64,000 bases of DNA, from positions 9,920,001 through 9,984,000 of the forward strand of contig JBHGNT010000005.1 in the NCBI GenBank assembly GCA_043228905.1, in the 5' to 3' direction. Of this stretch, positions 11,799 through 23,412 are shown one piece after another. The notes below the pieces were generated by a model. That model searched no databases. It was not told the origin of the DNA and was given only the letters and a program-made list of their open reading frames with translations. A program made the translations under genes and the position numbers. Source of the stretch: Azolla caroliniana. Lineage: Eukaryota > Plantae > Polypodiophyta. Each line of letters begins with the position of its first letter. The stretch's first letter is position 1.

Positions 11799-13703
11799 TA
11801 GTACAATTCTCTTAAGGACGGACAATACTATGAGTACAAGATGAGTACTTTATATCCTCTTGTAAACACAACATAGTACAGGTACAACACACAACATAGT
11901 ACAATGTGTCTATGGAGAACCCTTCACATGGATTAAAACATAATTAGTACAATTCTCTTAAGGAGGGACAATACTATAAGTACAAGATGAGTACTTTACA
12001 TCCTTTTGTAAACACAACATAATACAAAACCAACACACAACATAGTACAATGTGTCTATGGAGAACCCTTCACATGGATTAATCGATACTTAGTACAATT
12101 CCCTTAAGGACGGACAATACTATGAGTACAAGATGAGTACTTTACATCCTCCTGTAAACACAACATAGTACAGATACAACACACAACATAGTACAATGTG
12201 TCTATGGAGAACCCTTCACATAGATTAAAACATAATTAGTACAATTCTCTTAAGGAGGGACAATACTATAAGTACAAGATGAGTACTTTACATCCTTTTG
12301 TAAACACAACATAGTACAAAACCAACACACAACATAGTACAATGTGTCTATGGAGAACCCTTCACATGGATTAAAACATAATTAGTACAATTCTCTTAAG
12401 GAGGGACAATACTATAAGTACAAGATGAGTACTTTACATCCTTTTGTAAACACAACATAATACAAAACAAACACACAACATAGTACAATGTGTCTATGGA
12501 GAACCCTTCACATGGATTAAAACATAATTAGTACAATTCTCTTAAGGAGGGACAATACTATAAGTACAAGATGAGTACTTTACATCCTTTTGTAAACACA
12601 ACATAATACAAAACCAACACACAACATAGTACAATGTGTCTATGGAGAACCCTTCACATGGATTAATCGATACTTAGTACAATTCCCTTAAGGACGGACA
12701 ATACTATGAGTACAAGATGAGTACTTTACATCTTCCTGTAAACACAACATAGTACAGATACAACACACAACATAGTACAATGTGTCTATGGAGAACCCTT
12801 CACATGGATTAAAACATAATTAGTACAATTCTCTTAAGGAGGGACAATACTATAAGTACAAGATAAGTACTTTACATCCTTTTGTAAACACAACATAGTA
12901 CAAAACCAACACACAACATAGTACAATGTGTCTATGGAGAACCCTTCACATGGATTAAAACATAATTAGTACAATTCTCTTAAGGAGGGACAATACTATA
13001 AGTACAAGATGAGTACTTTACATCCTTTTGTAAACACAACATAATACAAAACCAACACACAACATAGTACAATGTGTCTATGGAGAACCCTTCACATGGA
13101 TTAATCGATACTTAGTACAATTCTCTTAAGGACGGACAATATTATAAGTACAAGATGAGTACTTTACATCCTTTTGTAAACACAACATAGTACAGAACCA
13201 ACACACAACATAGTACAATGTGTATATGGAGAACCCTTCACATGGATTAAAACATAATTAGTACAATTCTCTTAAGGACGGACAATACTATAAGTACAAG
13301 ATGAGTACTTTACATCCTTTTGTAAACACAACATAGTACAGAACCAACACACAACATAGTACAATGTGTATATGGAGAACCCTTCACATGGATTAAAACA
13401 TAATTAGTACAATTCTCTTAAGGACGGACAATACTATAAGTACAAGATGAGTACTTTACATCCTTTTGTAAACACAACATAGTACAAAACCAACACACAA
13501 CATAGTACAATGTGTCTATGGAGAACCCTTCACATGGATTAATCGATACTTAGTACAATTCTCTTAAGGACGGACAATACTATGAGTACAAGATGAGTAC
13601 TTTACATCCTTTTGTAAACACAACATAGTACAGAACCAACACACAACATAGTACAATGTGTCTATGGAGAACACTTGACATGGATTAAAAGTTACTTAGT
13701 ACA
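11799..13703. repeat. 146-bp tandem satellite, 13 copies, inside predicted transposase intron
   Basis: GTACAA unit start at 11801, 11947, 12093, 12239 and onward to 13553 and 13699, with a constant 146-bp period. Confidence 0.98.
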
Positions 13704-13886
13704 ACATAATACAAACAAAATTAGTATGCATGCATCCATTCACAAGTGCAAGATTCGAATAGTTAGAAACATAATTAGTATGCATCGATGTGACTAGTAC
13801 TGTTTGTTAATAGTTACAAACATAATTAGTATGCATCCACTAACACAAGATTTACTTCCTTACACATTGCATGATAAGTATTAAAC

Positions 13887-14455
13887 ATATGGATTAAGTA
13901 GAACGATCGTGCCGCCTTAAACTGCGAGGCAGCACCATCAGACCAAACCCAATGACGGTTAAAGGTTAACCCTAGAGAAAATAAATCTGCATGGTGAAGC
14001 TTAAAACAATGTTGAACAAATAGTGTATCATGCTTTTTATCATCTGAAATGTAAAATATTGATTTCTTATGTAACTCACCGTCTTGCCTCCAATAGCAAA
14101 TATGTACAAGTATTGTACATTGATCATTGTACCAATGCATTGATTGAACCTCATTTTGAACTTTAAATGTATAGTTTTCTGCAAAATCAATAACGGATAC
14201 AATGACACCCGTTGGTAAGTTATTAATACATTCCTTGAACTGTGAATTTTGCCAATAACTCCGAAAGTTATGTGGAATAAACTCCCCAAGTTGTTTCTTA
14301 AATTCTGAGACAAGGGTAGCAGCACATGTCTCCTTATATACTTCCTTAATACGCTTAGTTACAACTCCCTTGCCAATATTTTCAGTCACATACTCCAAAT
14401 ATTTCCATTTCACGATATGACTATTTCCCATATCAAGCTCCTGCCTACAAAATAA
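13887..14455 (-). CDS. Sola2-like transposase, core exon (5'-truncated)
   Basis: VIDFAENYTFKVQNEVQSMHW, ISDDKKHD and WVWSDGAASQFK. Confidence 0.88.
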
Positions 14456-15060
14456 TGGTGGAGGGAGCATGGATATATAGACTCAACCAAGAAAACACAA
14501 TCAAATGTTTTTAAATGTGGCCTGCAAAGTGAGAAATATTTTGTTTCAAACATTAGAATTACATATCAAATATGGCAAATGTCAATTCTAAAAATTTAGT
14601 ACTGAAATATGAAGAAATGAAACATTTTAGTACTGAAAATGAAAAAAATGGATGGAAGGAACCTCCAATGGTGGAGGGAGCGTGGAGATATAGACTCAAC
14701 CAAGAAAACACAATCAAATGTTTTTAAATGTGGCCTGCAAAGTGAGAAATATTTTGTTTCAAACATTAGAATTACATATCAAATATAGCAAATGTCAATT
14801 CTAAAAATTTAGTACTGAAATATGAAGAAATGAAACATTTTAGTACTGAAAATAAAAAATTGGATGGAAGGAACCTCCAATGGTGGAGGGAGCGTTGGAT
14901 ATGCCGCCTCGATTTGGTGGAAGGAACCCACAATGGTGGAGGGAGCGTGGATATGCAGCCTCGATTTGGTGGAAGGAACCTCCAATGGTGGAGGGAGCGT
15001 TGGATATGCCGCCTCGATTTGGTGGAAGGAACCTCCAATGTCGCCTCGATTTGGTGGAAA
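14454..15060. repeat. 213-bp duplication followed by 52/53-bp minisatellite
   Basis: GAAAACAC at 14491 and 14704; GGAAGGAACC at 14866, 14919, 14971 and 15024. Confidence 0.9.
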
Positions 15061-15620
15061 AAGCCCCAAATCACCACGACATCAACTGCAATCGGTGGAA
15101 GTACGAAAGTCGTTGTCGAAGAAGTGACAATTGGCTGCTACCTAAACCCTCAGAACAGTCTCTGTACCTCAACCGAAACCTAACAAAAACAGAAACCCTA
15201 AAAAAATCAGAAATCCTCAACTCAAACTCTCCAACCAAACATGGATGTCTGAGATTTAGATTGAAGGAAAATCAGAAACGTGACATGGATGTCTGTGATG
15301 AAAAGCTTAGAGAGATAGAGGAAGAACAATATGAGGGGAAGCGCCAAAATCGACGTGAGGGGAAAATAGCCCCCAAAATGGAAGAACATCTCCTCACGTG
15401 TTCCCCCCACTCCTTCTACAGTAAATGACACTTGTACTACAGTCACCCCACTCTCCAAAATCGATTTTCTTTTTCTCTAATTTTTTTTCTGAATTATTCA
15501 GTACTAACAGTATTGAAAGTACTGACAATTTTTGGGGCCAAAAACAGTACTTTTTTGGTACCCCGTAGCGTGTTTCGACCCCCGGACGTTGGACACCTCA
15601 CACTTGAGCTTGAGGGGGCG

Positions 15621-16063
15621 TGTTGAGATATCAAGCTCAACTAGTTTAATCTAGTTAGTCAACACATTTAACTTAGTAGTTACCTAGATCGAATCTAGTT
15701 AATGTGTTGACCTTAAGCCTTTAAATAGGACCTTGTACTTAAGTGAGATATTCTAGATCCTCCACTCCTTAGTACATTTAATGTAGGACTTACACATAAG
15801 TACCTATGTTCTACCCACACATGTGCACCTTTGCACATGGGTTGTATATATACCTCATTGTGGATATTTTTGTATGTTGATGACACTTTTCAATATAGTC
15901 AATCATCCCCCATTTATCTTTGTGTTCATAAGTGTAACTTCCTCTCTCTCTCTCTCTTCCTCTCGCACACTCTCACGCGCATATCATACGAATCTTCCGC
16001 TGCTTAACGTAACCATATAATTAGTCTCTAATTAACCCTAGTTAATTACCTAATTACTTAACA
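15621..16063 (+). repeat. 3' LTR of copia A
   Basis: Follows PPT; TGTT...AACA; copia B coding resumes after it. Confidence 0.78.
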
Positions 16064-18092
16064 ATTTCGATCTTGATAGTGAGTTTGAAGGCCTTGACAT
16101 TCACATAGAGGGCGTGAAGATACCTCTAGAGTCCGCGAACGACAAGCCACGCCGATCCAAGCGCCAGAAGAACCCTATAAACCACTACGGCTTCGATGAG
16201 TGCATGGTGTATCATTACGCATTCATGATGAAGGTAGCGTCAGTATGGGAACCGGAAACACTTTCCTAAGCCGCAAAGGATCTGCGATTGGTCAACGCGA
16301 TGAATGAGAAGATGGAAGTGTTATGCAAAAACGAGACATGGGATCTCGTTCCTCACCCCCCAAACAAGAAACCAATTGGATGTAGGTGGATTGACAAGGT
16401 GAAGCACAATGCCGATGGTTCCGTAAATTGCTTCAAAGCACGGATCGTTGCAAAAGGCTATGCACAGATACACAGCGTAGACTACGAAGAAACCTTTGCC
16501 CCGGTGGCAAAGATGACGGCAGTACAGACCGTAATCACGCTAGGAGCAGCAAAAGGGTGGCACCTCCATTAGATGGACGTGAAATTTAAACGCTTTCCTC
16601 CAAGGAGAGCTAGAAGAAGAGGTGTATATGACACAACCACCCGGATTCGAGTCGCGTAATCATCTGCACGCCATATGTCGACTCAAGAAGCCACTCTATG
16701 GCCTCAAACAAGCACCGCATGCCTGGCATTCGAAGATCACGCAATATCTTCATCAAGTCGGATTTTGGATGTCAAAATCCGACACTTCCCTGTACATCTG
16801 AAACGAGTCGGATAGCCCGATAATCATCATCTTGTACGTGGATGATTTGGTCATCGGAGGAAAGGATCTCACTGAGATTAACAAAGTTAAATCACTTCTT
16901 TCAGGAAGATTCGAAATGAAATACCTCCACGAACTTCATTACTTCCTAGGTATTGAAGTAATTCGGACACCAGTTGGGATAATGATCTCACAACGGCACT
17001 ACGTCCTCAACCAACTATACAAATTCAGAATGACAGAGTGCAAACCTGTGACTACCCCTCTTGAACGTAACCTCAAGATCGATGCCAGTTCCGGCACGGC
17101 CGCGAGCGAGTCGACTCAGTATCGTCAACTGATCAACAATCTAATCTACCTAACAATTACGCGACATGACCTCAGTTATTCGGTCGGCCTACTTAGCCAA
17201 TTCATGCAGAATCCAAGAAACCTTCACCTCGATTGTGCTAAGAGGATACTACGGTATGTCACCACAACAATGGATTATGGCATCTTGTATACGTCGAATA
17301 CGACCATTCGACTTGAAGGGTACACAGATGCGGACTGGGCAGGATACAAAGCGGATAGATGATCCACCCCCGGATTCTTCTTCTCCCTCGGCAGCGGAGC
17401 GATCTCCTGGAGCAGTAGGAAACAACCAACAGTCGCACTATCGAGCACGGAAGCTGAATACAAGGGCGCGGCAGTCGCTGCATGTGAAGTCGTATGGCTT
17501 ATGCGCGTACTGAAGGATCTGGGCGTTCCCATCAAAGATCCAATACGCCTGTACTACGACAACATATGTAGTATCTACTTGGTGCGCAACCACGTATTTC
17601 ACGTGCGGACTAAACACATCGAAATACACTACCACTTCATCCGCGAGCACGTATAGGCCGAAGAAATCGATCTCCAACATACCAGCACGCACCTCGAGGT
17701 TGCTGATATATTTACGAAGGCCTTAGGAGTAGACAAGCTCGGGAAATTCGCATCGGATCTTGGTCTCATGCCACCTACATTGCCGAGCTTGAGGGGGAGT
17801 ACGCAGAGTATGCAGAGTACGCATTGAGTACGCAAAGTACGCATTGATACGCAGATATGTACGCCAAACTTCATACCGAACAGATGGAAGTTGTGTTCAA
17901 AGGGGCATGCTGAGAATTGAACTCAACTTCCCATAGGAATAGGTTCACACTAGCCCATGGACATACCAGGCTAGTTTTGTAAATAGCAGAAAGGGCGCTT
18001 GCCCTAGTTTAGTTGGTATATAAACCAACTCATTGTAACTTAGTCACTGTTGGAAGTGTTATGTAATATACAATTTGATTATCTCTGTCTTG

Positions 18093-18141
<49 letters not shown>

Positions 18142-18212
18142 GCTACACACACCCACACATAGTCTCTCATCTTTAGCTGCATTGCAATCACCAAAGACTC
18201 CATTTCTTAACA
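16064..18212 (+). mobile_element. Ty1/copia element B, 3' half (decayed RT-RNase H, LTR about 17908-18212)
   Basis: KARIVAKG, ETFAPV, YVDD, DADWAG and STEAEY; LTR with (CT)n ends TTAACA directly before gypsy RT. Confidence 0.88.
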
Positions 18213-21200
18213 ATGGTGCAAGGTTCTTCACGAAGATCGACTTACGGGGAGCATATAACCTCGTATGGATCCGACCAGGAGATGAATGGAAGACCGCATT
18301 TCGCACCAGATATGGGCACTTCCAGTATACGGTCATGCCGTTCTGCCTCACTAATGCGCCAATAGTCTTCCAGCACATGGCAAACGATATATTCCGAGAT
18401 CTCTTGGATGTTTGTTTGATCATCTATTTGGATCATCTACTGGTTTATTCGAAGATGTAAGAAGAGCATGATTCTCATGTATTGTTACTACTAAAACGAC
18501 TTCGAGAACATGGTCTTTATGCAAAGCTGGAAAAATGTAGTTTCAGGTGCAACCAGGTGGAATTTCTGGGCTATGTCATCTCCTCGGAAGGCATCTTCAT
18601 GCTTTTTAGGCTTTGCCAATTTCTACCGCAAGTTTATACAGAATTACTCAAATCTTGTTCTGCCTCTTACACAACTTACTAAGAAGGGACAATCATTCGT
18701 TTGGTCTGAAGAAACGGACATGGATTTTGAGAATCTTAAGAAGGCATTTACATCGGCTCTTATTCTAGCTCACATTGATCCGGAGAAACCATTCATCATG
18801 GACGCGGACGCGTTGAATTTCGCATTGGGTAGCATTCTGTCACAACAAAGTAATGATGAAAAACTACATCCTGTGGCTTTCCACTCACGCAAGTTTGACG
18901 CCCCTGAAATCAACTATGAAATTCATGATAAGGAGCTATTAGCAATAGTGGACTCTTTTACGCAATGGAGGCACTTTCTAGAGGGATCCTCTCATCAAGT
19001 CACCGTATTCAGTGATCACAAAAACCTTGCCTACTTTCGGAGTGCTCACGTGTTAAATCGACGTCAACCTCGGTGGGCCCAATTCCTCACGCATTTCGAC
19101 TTCAAAATTACACATCGTTCGGGGAAGCACCAAGGGAAGGCAGATGCATTATCACAGCGTTCGTATCTAGCACCACGTCCCGACGAGCCAATTTTCGATA
19201 ACCAAAAGCAAGTAATCTTGGGACCGGCATGACTGCAAGCAACATAGGTCTTCAGCATGCCCTTGGATTCCCACGTTATCGATACCATACGTGAGGACGT
19301 GAAGACAAATGCTTTCGCCCAAGCCATTCTAGCACAAATTGATCCCTCTGGAGCATCTTGTTCATAGTCACAACAAATAGGTACGGACTATCGACAATTT
19401 GAATGTCATGATGGATTACTATTCTTTAAGAAACTCTTGTATGTTCCTAATGGTAGTTGTCGCCTTGAAGTAGTCCAGAACTATTATGACACATATACAA
19501 TTGGGCATTTTGGTAGGTACTAAAACACTAGATTTAGTACAACGATCCTTCTGGTGGCCACATATGCGACAATTTGTCGAAGATTTTGTTCGGACTTGTG
19601 ATACATGTTGCAAAGCAAAAATGCGAAGACATCATCCATATGGTTTATTAGAACCATTACTTATTCCAAGCAAGCCATGGCAATCCATTCCACCATGGGA
19701 ACCGATCTACAATTTGTCACGAACCGAGCTAGAAGTCCTTCAAGCCTATGTAGAGGAGAATTTGGCGAATAGTTACATTCGACATTTGAAATCTCCAGCT
19801 GGCGCACCCATTTTCTTCGTCAAGAAAAAGGATCGATCACTTCGTCTCGTCATAGATTACCATGGGTTGAATAAAGTCACCATCAGGAATAGGTATGCAC
19901 TTCGTCTTATCTCAAGTCTTTTAGAACGGATCAATGGTGCAAGGTTCTTCGCAAAGATTGACTTACGAGGAGTGTATAACCTCGTACGGATCCAACCAAG
20001 AGATGAATGGAAGACTGTGTTTCGCACCAGATATGGGCACTTCGAGTATACAGTCATGCCATTCGGCCTCACTAATGCACCAACAATCTTCGAACACATG
20101 GAAAATGATATATTCTGAGATCTCTTGGAAGATTTTTTGATCATCTTTTTGGATAATCTATTGGTTTATTCGAAGACCCAAGAAGAGCATGATTCTCATG
20201 TACTGTTAGTACTATTTAAATGACTTCGAGAACATGGTCTTTATGCAAAACTGGAAAAATGTAGTTTTGGGTGCAACAAGGTAGAATTTTTGGGTTATGT
20301 CATTTCCTCAAAAGGCATCTCCATGCATCCAACTAAGGTCAAAACGGTGGTAGAGTGGTAGACTCCGCGTTCGTTGTGAGATGTGCAATGATTTTTAGGC
20401 TTTGCCAATTTTTACCGCAAGTTCATACTGGATTACTCAAAGCTTGTTCTGCCTCTCACACAACTTACCAGGAAGGGAAAATCGTTCGTTTGGTCTGAAG
20501 AAGCGGACATTGCTTTTGAGAGTCTTAAGAAGGCATTTACATCAGCTCCTATTTTAGCTCATGTTGATCCAGCAAAACCATTCATCATTGAAGCAGACAC
20601 GTTGGAGTTTGCCTTGGGTAGCATTCTGTCTCAACAAGACGATGATGAAAAGCTACATCCCGTGGCTTTCCATTCACGCAAGTTTGACGCCGCGGAAATC
20701 AACTATGAAATTCATGGTAAGGAGCTATTAGCAATAGTGGACTCTTTTGCGCAATGGAGGCATTTTCTAGAGGAGTCTTCTCATCAAGTCATCGTATTCA
20801 GTGATCACAAAAACCTTGCCTACTTTAAGAATGCTTGTGTGTTAAATCGACGTCAAGCTCGGTGGGCCTAATTCCTCACTCGTTTCGACTTCAAAATTAC
20901 ATATCGTCCGGCGAAGCAACAAGGGAAGGCAGATGCATTATCATGGCGTTCGTATCTAGCACTGCGTCTCGGTGAGCCGTCTTTCGATAACCAAAAGCAA
21001 GTAATCTTGGGACCGACACGACTGCAAGCAACATAGGTCTTCGGTATGCCCATGGATTCCCACGTTATCGATACCATACGTGAGGACTTGAAGACAGATG
21101 TTTTCGCTCAAGCCATTCTAGCACAAATTGATCCCTCTCGAGCATCTTGTTCACAGTCACAACAACCAGGTACGGACTATCAACAATTTGAATGTCATGA

Positions 21201-23412
21201 TGGATTACTATTCTTTAAGAAACTCTTGTATGTTCCTAATCATAGAACATAATATTCATGTTCGTGCAAGCATTCAAACAATTGAAAACGTTTGAAAACA
21301 AACACGTTTGAAAAGGGAAAAATACGTGATCCTTTTTTTTTTCTTTTTTTTTCATGTTTTTATCACAAATTCAGGTCATCCTAGTGGTAATGAGACATGC
21401 TATTGTTAGTAGTACCATAGCAAAATTTTATATTTGTTTTTTTGTTTTTTTCATGTTTTTTCATTTTTTGTGATTAGAAATGAGCTTAATCTAGTGGTAA
21501 GTTGCCATGCTACTATTGCTTGTGTCTTTGGGAGTTAAATTCCCAACTTTCTCATATCCTCTTTGTTATTGTCATGTTACTTTTTTTTCTTTGTTTGTTA
21601 TTAGAAATTAGCTCACCCTAATGGTAATTTTTTATTCTACTACTGCCTCTGTCATGTTTTCTTCATATTCTCGAATATACGTTTTATGAGTTTTTGATCG
21701 TTTCCTTTTTCTTCTTTTTCTTTCTTTCTTTGTTATTAGAAATTAGCTCACCCTAGTGATAAGTTGTTATGTTACTATTGCCTATGTCATGTTTTCTTCA
21801 TATTCTTGAATGTGCGTTTTATGAGTTTTTGAACATTTGATTATAATTTATAATGACATATTTTGATTCAATCTCTATAGTTCATACTCCTTGTTTTTGT
21901 AAAGTTCTAAAGTGAGGATGATAGAGATGTCTTGATTATTAAGAAGCATCCCAAAAGTATGCATGTGATACAATGCAAATATTGCAACCATACTTATGTT
22001 GGTGGTTCACAATGGATTAGAGTCCACTTATTGGGATTGAGAGTTAGTTAATATATAATATAGACCATAGTCAATCCAATCCAACTTTGAGATGATTTAC
22101 CATACATGTTTAATTGAATCATTCTCGAATGTGAATGCACGTATGATACACATGGTTCATTCTATGAGGATTCCTAATGGTACTTGTCGCCTTCAAGTAG
22201 TCCAAAACTGTCATGACACATATACAGTTGGGCATTTTGGTAGTACTAAAACACTAGATTTAGTACAATGATCCTTCTGGTGGCCACATATGCGACAATT
22301 TGTCTAAGATTTTGTTCGGACTTGTGATACATGTTGCAGAGCCAAAATGACAAGATATCATCCATGTGGTTTATTAGAACCATTACTAATTCGAAGCAAG
22401 CCATGGCAATCCATTGCCCTAGATTTCATCACAGATCTTCCGGTGTCTAAGGGATTCGATGTGATCTTAATAGTAGATCTTAACATGCGTGAAGTATGTG
22501 GGCATCATGGACCCCAGTTTGTCTCAAAGTTCTGGAAGCACCTCTTTAAAATGGTTAAGGTCACTTGTAACCTCTCCTCCAGTGACCACCCACAAACAGA
22601 CGGCCAAGTATAACAAACAAATCAAACGTTGGAGCAATATCTTCAGTGCTTTTTAAGCTCTCATCAAGATGACTGGGAAAATATTCTCCACTTCGCCGAA
22701 TTTGCGTATAATAACTCTGTCCACTCATCAACAAAGGGGACACCATTTTATGCTTACACGGGTTGTCACCCCCGGTCGTGTGTATTTGAAACCCCAGAGT
22801 TACCTACAAATCCTTGTGTAGAGGATCGTTTGGAGCGGCTACATAAGATAAAAGCGGATTTATCTACTCATCTATAGCAAGCTCAACAAGCACACAAGGT
22901 TTACACGGATCGTCATTGGCTTCCATCCAGTTTTGACATTGGAGATCGGGTGTGGCTACTACGACGACACATCAAGACTACTCGCCCATGCGAGAAGTTG
23001 GATTACCGGAGATTAGGTCCTCTCCGTATTATCGGAAAAATTAATGATGTCTCTTTTCATCTCGATCTACCTCCACAACTTCGGATACATTCGGTGTTTC
23101 ATAGTTCTCTCCTCAAACCCTATCAAGACAACACCATCCCAGGTCGTATTAAACAACCTCCACCCCCGATCGAGCTTGAAGATGGACTTGAGTACAAGGT
23201 TGCCGCCATCCTTGATTCCAAGATTGTTCGCAACAAGCTCTACTATTTAGTCGATTGGCTAGGATATAGTCCCAGTGAGCGTACTTGGGAACCAATAGAG
23301 AATGTGACCAATGCTCGTGCTCTTCTTGAAGACTTCCATCTTCAATATCCAGACAAACCGGGTCCTCAATCCGAAATGACTCATGACACTCGTCGTTTTA
23401 AAGGGGGGATAT
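18213..23412 (+). mobile_element. Tcn1-like chromovirus pol (RT-RH-INT partly duplicated, chromodomain), decayed
   Basis: [30 protein letters not shown] and chromodomain YKVAAILDS...YLVDWLGYSPSERTWEP; PPT at 23400-23409. Confidence 0.93.
21241..22166 (+). mobile_element. Non-autonomous hAT-like element with BED zinc-finger remnant
   Basis: Ends CATAGAA...TTCTATG; 8-bp TSD TTCCTAAT at 21233-21240 and 22171-22178; about 21965-22040 encodes IQCKYCNHTYVGGSQWIRVHLLG. Confidence 0.82.

Larger units (their letters stand above)
7964..15581 (-). mobile_element. Sola2-like DNA transposon A, both ends intact, transposase N-terminus deleted
   Basis: TIR GGGTCGAAGCATGCTACGGTGTACCAA vs reverse complement of right end GGGTCGAAACACGCTACGGGGTACCAA; 4-bp TSD CCGG at 7960-7963 and 15582-15585; transposase motifs DFAENY, WSDG and GHGKGEHDG. 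Confidence 0.88.
6652..16063 (+). mobile_element. Ty1/copia element A (integrase present, RT/RNase H deleted), interrupted by Sola2-like element A
   Basis: Integrase ORF 6796-7668 runs into 3' UTR at about 7795; PPT TGAGGGGGCG 15611-15620; LTR TG 15621 to CA 16063. Confidence 0.85.

Noticed and set aside
11799-13703. CRISPR-like array
   Set aside because: Units are near-identical along their whole length with no unique spacers, and there are no cas genes; it is a tandem satellite.
14772-15428. Multiple overlapping repeat ORFs
   Set aside because: They arise from a 52/53-bp repeat that is not a multiple of three.
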